From positions 93,178 through 157,177 of the forward strand of contig NZ_CABVMM010000009.1 in assembly GCF_902499555.1 (NCBI RefSeq): DNA of 64,000 bases, given 5' to 3'. The translations under genes were made by a program, and so were the position numbers. Positions within the stretch are counted from its first letter, which is position 1; each line of letters opens with the position of its first letter. The DNA comes from Mesonia oceanica (lineage in GTDB: Bacteria; Bacteroidota; Bacteroidia; Flavobacteriales; Flavobacteriaceae). Below are positions 58,346 to 64,000 of this stretch, piece after piece. Below the pieces are notes generated by a model. The model ran no database searches. It saw nothing but the letters and a program-made list of their open reading frames with translations, and was not told where the DNA came from.

Positions 58346-59959
58346 TTATTGGTCTTTTTTATTTCTTCGTTCTACAATTTCTTTAACGACTTCTTCATAG
58401 TCGTCCATTTGTTTTTCAGATTTTTTCTTTTCCAGTTTTTGCAGGTCTTCCTTCAAGCCCTTGTAGAGTGAATAGCACATAATGAGCAAGATGACGGCAA
58501 AGGGAAGTCCTGTAACAATGGTGGCGGTTTGCAAAGCTTCTAAACCACCCCCAATTAAAAGAACAGCGGCTACGGAACCTTCGGTGACAGCCCAGAAAAT
58601 ACGCTGTCCTACCGGAGCGTCAATTTTTCCTCCAGAAGTTAAACTATCAACCACTAAGGAACCGGAATCTGATGAGGTAATAAAGAACCCGGCGATAAGA
58701 ATCACGGCTACTACATTAATGACCATCGCAAATGGATAATCTTGAAAAAACACGAATAGAGCCGTAGAAATATTGTCTTCAACTGCTGTAACAATAGTGC
58801 TATCGCCACTTAATGCTTGCTGAATAGAAACACTACCAAAAGCCGACATCCAGAAAAAGGTTACTAGGGAAGGAACTAATAAAACGCCTAAAATAAACTC
58901 CCGAATGGTTCGCCCTTTAGAAATTCTAGCGATAAACATTCCTACAAATGGAGACCAACCAATCCACCAGCCCCAATAGAATACGGTCCAATCGTTTTGC
59001 CAGGATTTTCCACTATAGGTTTCGCTCCAAGTAGAAATTTTTAAGAAATTAAATAAATAACTTCCGGTGTTTTCTACAAACGAACGGAAAATAAATAGGG
59101 TAGGGCCTAAAATTAATGCCAGTAATAATAACACTACGGCTACCCGCATATTCCATTCACTTAAAAATTTGACACCTTTATCAACTCCTAATACTACCGA
59201 AGTTGTCGCTATTAAAGTAATCCCTGCGATTAATAGCACTTGGGTAAGAATACCATCAGGAAGCCCGAAAACATGATTAAGTCCGCTGGCAATTTGTTGC
59301 ACCCCAAACCCTAAAGAAGTAGCTAAGCCAAAAAGCGTTGCGAGCACGGCAAAAATATCGATGGCATCTCCAATTCTACCGTGAATTTTGTCACCCAAAA
59401 ATGGATAAAAAATAGACCTAATGGTAAGCGGTAATCCTCTAGAATATGTAAAATAAGAAAGCGCTAATCCTACTAGCGCATAAACGGCCCAAGCGTGGAA
59501 ACCCCAATGCAAAAAAGTGAAATTCATCGCTTCTTGAGCGGCAGCAATTGTATTCGGTTCAGCGGTTGCCGGTTTAATCAGGTGTTTTATGGGTTCGGCA
59601 ACGCTAAAAAAGAGTAGTCCAATTCCCATTCCGGCACTAAAGAGCATAGCAAACCAAGACATGGTTTTAAATTCTGGTTTGGCTTTTTGGCCACCAATCC
59701 TCAGCTTTCCATATTTTCCTGCAGCGAGGTAAACTAAGAATACCAAGAATAAATTAATGCATAATATGAAGAACCAGTCAGCATTTTCAGCTACTGCATG
59801 TTGGATATTCTTAAATGCTTTTTCTGCTTGCTTTTCAAAAATTAAAGTGAGTGTAATACTTATAATGATGAAAATGGAAGAAGTGAAAAAAACAGGACCA
59901 TTGACGTCCAGTCCAAAAATTGATTTTTTTTCGTCGCTTCGAGTAACTTTTTTAGCCAT
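58346..59959 (-). CDS. BCCT-family (betaine/carnitine/choline) transporter
   Basis: 537 aa, 12 TMS, BCCT signature region WTVFYWGWWIGWSPFVGMFIARIS. Confidence 0.8.
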   Translation of the reverse strand: MAKKVTRSDEKKSIFGLDVNGPVFFTSSIFIIISITLTLIFEKQAEKAFKNIQHAVAENADWFFILCINLFLVFLVYLAAGKYGKLRIGGQKAKPEFKTMSWFAMLFSAGMGIGLLFFSVAEPIKHLIKPATAEPNTIAAAQEAMNFTFLHWGFHAWAVYALVGLALSYFTYSRGLPLTIRSIFYPFLGDKIHGRIGDAIDIFAVLATLFGLATSLGFGVQQIASGLNHVFGLPDGILTQVLLIAGITLIATTSVVLGVDKGVKFLSEWNMRVAVVLLLLALILGPTLFIFRSFVENTGSYLFNFLKISTWSETYSGKSWQNDWTVFYWGWWIGWSPFVGMFIARISKGRTIREFILGVLLVPSLVTFFWMSAFGSVSIQQALSGDSTIVTAVEDNISTALFVFFQDYPFAMVINVVAVILIAGFFITSSDSGSLVVDSLTSGGKIDAPVGQRIFWAVTEGSVAAVLLIGGGLEALQTATIVTGLPFAVILLIMCYSLYKGLKEDLQKLEKKKSEKQMDDYEEVVKEIVERRNKKDQ

Positions 59960-59973
59960 AAATTATTTTTTGA

Positions 59974-61125
59974 TTAAAAGTAGTATCCAATATTAATGTT
60001 AAACCGTGCTTCCCAATTTGCATCGGGATTTCCGGTTGAAAAATCGTCTTCAAAGTTTCCGCCCAACCAAGAATGATTATATCCTGCGGCATAGTCAATA
60101 TAGGTATAAACTTGTCCTGCGGTAAGGAGTAAACCGGTTACATTCATAAAAGAATCGGTGAATTCTTTTTCCTTTTTCTGCATATAACCGAAATCATTAT
60201 AAACTTCGATTTCTGAAACTGGTCCCCATGCTACGGAAATTTTTTTAGAAAGCCCAATCGTATACATATTAAAATCGGCTGCAATTTCATAAGGAGCTCC
60301 ATAAGCGCCCATTTTTATAATTTTATTAGATTGTCCTTCTTTATTTTCGGGAGAATGGGAAACAGTGATTATTTCGGTTTTAAGATTCCATTTGTTCCAA
60401 TTCAATTCATAATGGAGAGCCAGTGCATAATGGTTTCCATTTTTATTAGTGTCGATATTATAGAGACTTCCATATTGTCCTGAAAATCCTATTCGATGTT
60501 GAATGCTATCGCCTAGTTTACGAACAATTTTAGCATTAAACTGATTGGTTTCTTTGTTTCTTCCCACTACATCATAAGAATACCTGCTGGAATTGTTCTC
60601 GGTATCTCCGCCAAAATTCAATTCTTCAGCATTTTTTAAGAAAGCAAAAGCATATTCCCATTTTTCATCTTCATGAAGGTACTTGAACCCCATATCATGA
60701 TCGTCCTCTAAACCAACATAATAGGTGATGTTGAAAAACCAATTGTGGGAATTATATTGTTTAATACCAAAGGGAACGTAAACCAATCCTACATGAAATT
60801 GGTTTTTCTCGTTGAACTTGTAACCAATCCAGCCTTGTTTAAGAAAACCACCTCCAAAAGCTTCAGAATATAATCGATATTCAGCGTTAAGGAAAATACC
60901 TTTGTAGGAAGCTTTGGCATTAATACGAAACATATCATAACCAAATTCACCGCCTTTTGTTTTTTGTTCTTCTTTCCAGGAAGAATAAATATAGTTGAAG
61001 CGTAAAGCTCCGCCTAGGTCAAGCTCTGGCTTTTCTTTTTGTTCTTTTTCTTGGCCAAAACATAAAAAGGGTAATATTAAAAAAATAGACAGCTTTACGA
61101 AATACGAAAGTTTTAGAATCTTCAA
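59974..61125 (-). CDS. Outer-membrane beta-barrel (porin-like) protein
   Basis: 383 aa; signal peptide; alternating beta pattern; C-terminal ...NIGYYF. Confidence 0.45.
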   Translation of the reverse strand: MKILKLSYFVKLSIFLILPFLCFGQEKEQKEKPELDLGGALRFNYIYSSWKEEQKTKGGEFGYDMFRINAKASYKGIFLNAEYRLYSEAFGGGFLKQGWIGYKFNEKNQFHVGLVYVPFGIKQYNSHNWFFNITYYVGLEDDHDMGFKYLHEDEKWEYAFAFLKNAEELNFGGDTENNSSRYSYDVVGRNKETNQFNAKIVRKLGDSIQHRIGFSGQYGSLYNIDTNKNGNHYALALHYELNWNKWNLKTEIITVSHSPENKEGQSNKIIKMGAYGAPYEIAADFNMYTIGLSKKISVAWGPVSEIEVYNDFGYMQKKEKEFTDSFMNVTGLLLTAGQVYTYIDYAAGYNHSWLGGNFEDDFSTGNPDANWEARFNINIGYYF

Positions 61126-61210
61126 TACACTTAATTTTGAGATTGGTAATTCGGGAAATTAAGACGAAAATTCTAGAACTTCTTCAGAAAAGCTGAATAT
61201 TAATAATATT

Positions 61211-62029
61211 TTAAAACTTATTGATGGTTTGTCTGATTTGAACCAGATTTGATAATAGTTGTTCTAGGTATTGAAGATCGAGCATATTGGCACCATCACT
61301 TTTTGCATTCGCAGGATCAAAATGCGTTTCTATAAAAAGTCCGTCCACATGGTTAACCACTCCGGCCCGGGCGATTGTTTCAATCATATCTGGTCTTCCG
61401 CCGGTCACACCACTACTTTGGTTAGGTTGCTGAAGGGAATGCGTCACGTCTAAAACGGTAGGGGCAAATTTACGCATGGTTGGGATTCCACGGAAATCAA
61501 CAATTAAATCCTGATAGCCAAACATTGTTCCGCGATCAGTTACCATTACTTGCTCATTATTACAATCACTTACTTTAGTAACGGCATGTTGCATACTTTC
61601 CGGACTCATAAACTGTCCTTTCTTTAGGTTGACGACTTTTCCGGTTTCTGCTGCAGCAACGACCAAATCGGTTTGACGTACGAGAAATGCCGGAATTTGA
61701 AGAACATCTACATATTCAGCAGCTTTTTGAGCATCGGTAATTTCGTGAATATCGGTAACGGTAGGAACATTAAAAGTCTCTGAAACTTTACGAAGAATTT
61801 TTAAAGCTTTTTCATCACCAATTCCGGTGAAGCTGTCAATTCTACTTCGGTTAGCTTTTTTGAAACTTCCTTTAAATACATAAGGGATGCCTAATTTATC
61901 GGTAATATGAACTACTTTTTCTGCAATACGTAAAGCCATTTCTTCGCCTTCAATTGCGCAAGGACCAGCTAATAAGAAAAAGTTGTCTTTATCGGTATGT
62001 TTTATATTTGGAATGTTCTCTAATTTCAT
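61211..62029 (-). CDS. kdsA: 3-deoxy-8-phosphooctulonate (KDO8P) synthase
   Basis: 272 aa; LLAGPCAIE and KGSFKKANRS motifs of KdsA. Confidence 0.85.
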   Translation of the reverse strand: MKLENIPNIKHTDKDNFFLLAGPCAIEGEEMALRIAEKVVHITDKLGIPYVFKGSFKKANRSRIDSFTGIGDEKALKILRKVSETFNVPTVTDIHEITDAQKAAEYVDVLQIPAFLVRQTDLVVAAAETGKVVNLKKGQFMSPESMQHAVTKVSDCNNEQVMVTDRGTMFGYQDLIVDFRGIPTMRKFAPTVLDVTHSLQQPNQSSGVTGGRPDMIETIARAGVVNHVDGLFIETHFDPANAKSDGANMLDLQYLEQLLSNLVQIRQTINKF

Positions 62030-62256
62030 TATCTGAATTTTAATGCAAAGGTAAATAATTATTCAGTAGTTAAAGTTTAAATTCAGAGGTATTGAATCCG
62101 GTTTAATACTACTATTGTAAAAGATCGATTTGCTTCAAAGTTAAGACTTTGCGACTCTAATTTCAACATTCTATTAAATAGCTGTATAATTTTACGTTTA
62201 TTGCTTTATTTCCAGAAAATTAAGTTTACATTTGCAGCCTTTTAAAAGAGGCTTTT

Positions 62257-64000
62257 ATGACAGCAATTAGAAATATTGCAATTATTGCACACGTTGACCA
62301 CGGTAAAACTACTTTGGTTGATAAAATTATGTATCACTGTAGTCTTTTTCGTGAAAATGAAAATACAGGTGATCTTATCTTAGATAACAACGATTTAGAA
62401 AGAGAACGTGGGATTACCATTACCTCTAAAAACGTTTCAGTTACTTATAAAGATACCAAAATTAATATTATAGATACCCCTGGTCACGCCGATTTTGGTG
62501 GTGAAGTTGAGCGTGTCTTGAATATGGCAGATGGCGTACTTTTGTTGGTAGATGCTTTTGAAGGACCAATGCCACAAACACGTTTTGTACTTCAAAAAGC
62601 AATTGACCTTGGTTTGAAACCTTGTGTGGTTGTGAATAAGGTAGATAAAGAAAACTGTACCCCAGACGAAGTACACGAAAAAGTGTTCGATTTGATGTTT
62701 GAATTGGGTGCAGAAGAGTGGCAATTAGATTTTCCTACCGTTTATGGTTCTGCTAAGAATAACTGGATGAGCGATGACTGGAAAAAGGAAACCGATAATA
62801 TTGAACCTTTATTAGATATGGTTATGGAACATATTCCTGGACCAAAAGTAGATAAAGAAGGAACGCCACAAATGTTGATTACTTCGTTAGATTTCTCTTC
62901 TTTTACCGGAAGAATTGCGATTGGACGTTTACAACGTGGTGTTTTAAAAGAAGGAATGCAGGTTTCTTTAGTGAAGCGTGATGGAAGCATTAAAAAAGCT
63001 AAAATAAAAGAACTACATACGTTTGAAGGTTTAGGCCGTAGAAAAATAGAAGAAGTAGTAGCGGGAGATATTTGTGCTGTAGTTGGTTTGGAAGGTTTTG
63101 ATATTGGTGATACCATTGCTGATCTTGAAAATCCTGAAGGCTTAAAAACCATCGCTATTGATGAGCCAACAATGAGTATGTTGTTTACCATTAACGATTC
63201 TCCTTTCTTCGGAAAAGATGGAAAGTTTGTGACTTCTAGACACATTAAGGATCGTTTAATGAAAGAGTTGGAGAAAAACTTAGCTCTTCGTGTACAAGAA
63301 ACCGATAGTGCCGATAAGTTTATGGTGTATGGTCGTGGAGTTCTGCATTTATCAGTTCTTATTGAAACCATGCGTCGTGAAGGCTATGAGTTACAAATTG
63401 GTCAGCCACAAGTTATCATCAAAGAAATTGATGGTGTGAAATGTGAACCGGTAGAAGAGTTAACTATTGATTTACCGGAATCTGTTTCTGGAAAAGCGGT
63501 AGAGTTTGTAACCCTTCGTAAAGGTGAGATGTTAAGTATGGAAGCTAAAGGTGACCGTATGGTTTGTGAATTTATGATTCCATCTCGTGGTATCATTGGT
63601 TTACGTAACCAATTGTTAACCGCAACTGCTGGTGAAGCGATTATGGCGCACCGTTTTAAAGAATATCAGCCGTTAAAAGGAGGTATTCCGGAGCGTTTGA
63701 ATGGTTCATTGGTTTCTATGGAAAAAGGAACAGCTATTCCTTATTCTATCGATAAACTTCAGGATAGAGGTCGTTTCTTTGTAGATCCGGGAGAAGATAT
63801 TTATGAAGGTCAGGTAATTGGAGAAAATTCACGTCAAGATGATATGACTGTAAATATCACCAAAACCAAAAAACTTTCGAATGTACGTTCTTCAGGAGCC
63901 GATGAAAAAGCGAAAATCGTTCCTGCGATTAAGTTTAGCTTGGAAGAAGCTTTAGAATATATTCAGAAGGATGAATATGTTGAGGTGACCCCCAACCACT
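62257..64000 (+). CDS. typA: Translational GTPase TypA/BipA (3' end beyond window)
   Basis: ATG at 62257; [23 protein letters not shown]...[14 protein letters not shown]...NKVDK; open to window end; antisense ORFs in track are artefacts. Confidence 0.9.
   Translation, partial: MTAIRNIAIIAHVDHGKTTLVDKIMYHCSLFRENENTGDLILDNNDLERERGITITSKNVSVTYKDTKINIIDTPGHADFGGEVERVLNMADGVLLLVDAFEGPMPQTRFVLQKAIDLGLKPCVVVNKVDKENCTPDEVHEKVFDLMFELGAEEWQLDFPTVYGSAKNNWMSDDWKKETDNIEPLLDMVMEHIPGPKVDKEGTPQMLITSLDFSSFTGRIAIGRLQRGVLKEGMQVSLVKRDGSIKKAKIKELHTFEGLGRRKIEEVVAGDICAVVGLEGFDIGDTIADLENPEGLKTIAIDEPTMSMLFTINDSPFFGKDGKFVTSRHIKDRLMKELEKNLALRVQETDSADKFMVYGRGVLHLSVLIETMRREGYELQIGQPQVIIKEIDGVKCEPVEELTIDLPESVSGKAVEFVTLRKGEMLSMEAKGDRMVCEFMIPSRGIIGLRNQLLTATAGEAIMAHRFKEYQPLKGGIPERLNGSLVSMEKGTAIPYSIDKLQDRGRFFVDPGEDIYEGQVIGENSRQDDMTVNITKTKKLSNVRSSGADEKAKIVPAIKFSLEEALEYIQKDEYVEVTPNH

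Noticed and set aside
62437-63596. Three minus-strand ORFs (62437..62724, 62742..63371, 63402..63596)
   Set aside because: Antisense to an unmistakable typA/BipA GTPase reading frame that is open from 62257 to the window end.

Overview
The window is a low-GC Flavobacteriia-type chromosome segment. The assignment rests on the GENNYALAA tmRNA tag, a T9SS C-terminal sorting domain and close Cas13b similarity to Bergeyella/Weeksellaceae-type proteins. The backbone is ordinary: kynurenine-pathway genes (kmo, kynU), two cryptochrome/photolyase genes plus a DUF2256 mini-gene, and a TetR-TolC-HlyD-MFS efflux operon. A complete trpEGDCFBA operon on the minus strand follows, with a WWW leader-peptide attenuator. 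Further along are redox/rhodanese genes, then an osmotic-stress cluster (MscS, Usp, BCCT, porin), then kdsA and a 3'-truncated typA. Three things stand out. First, an accessory stretch between 38.2 and 46.3 kb directly downstream of the tmRNA gene (ssrA) carries a type VI-B CRISPR-Cas13b locus: a 1134-aa Cas13b with both HEPN R-N-x-x-x-H motifs, 13 repeats of 36 nt and 12 spacers of 30 nt, and no csx27/csx28. It converges on a tripartite HipB-HipS-HipT (split HipA) toxin-antitoxin module with palindromic operators. Second, a stress-type gene cluster (YbjN-like, PspA/IM30, NfeD/YqiJ-like, flotillin, then a giant 1622-aa AAA+ protein) is transcribed divergently from an XRE/S24 LexA-like repressor; this is a candidate uncharacterised membrane-remodelling or stress system. 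Third, a family of palindromic REP/MITE-like elements is scattered through the trp operon, and one cluster is inserted in-frame inside trpF (about 85 extra codons). A heptamer microsatellite lies between trpB and trpA.
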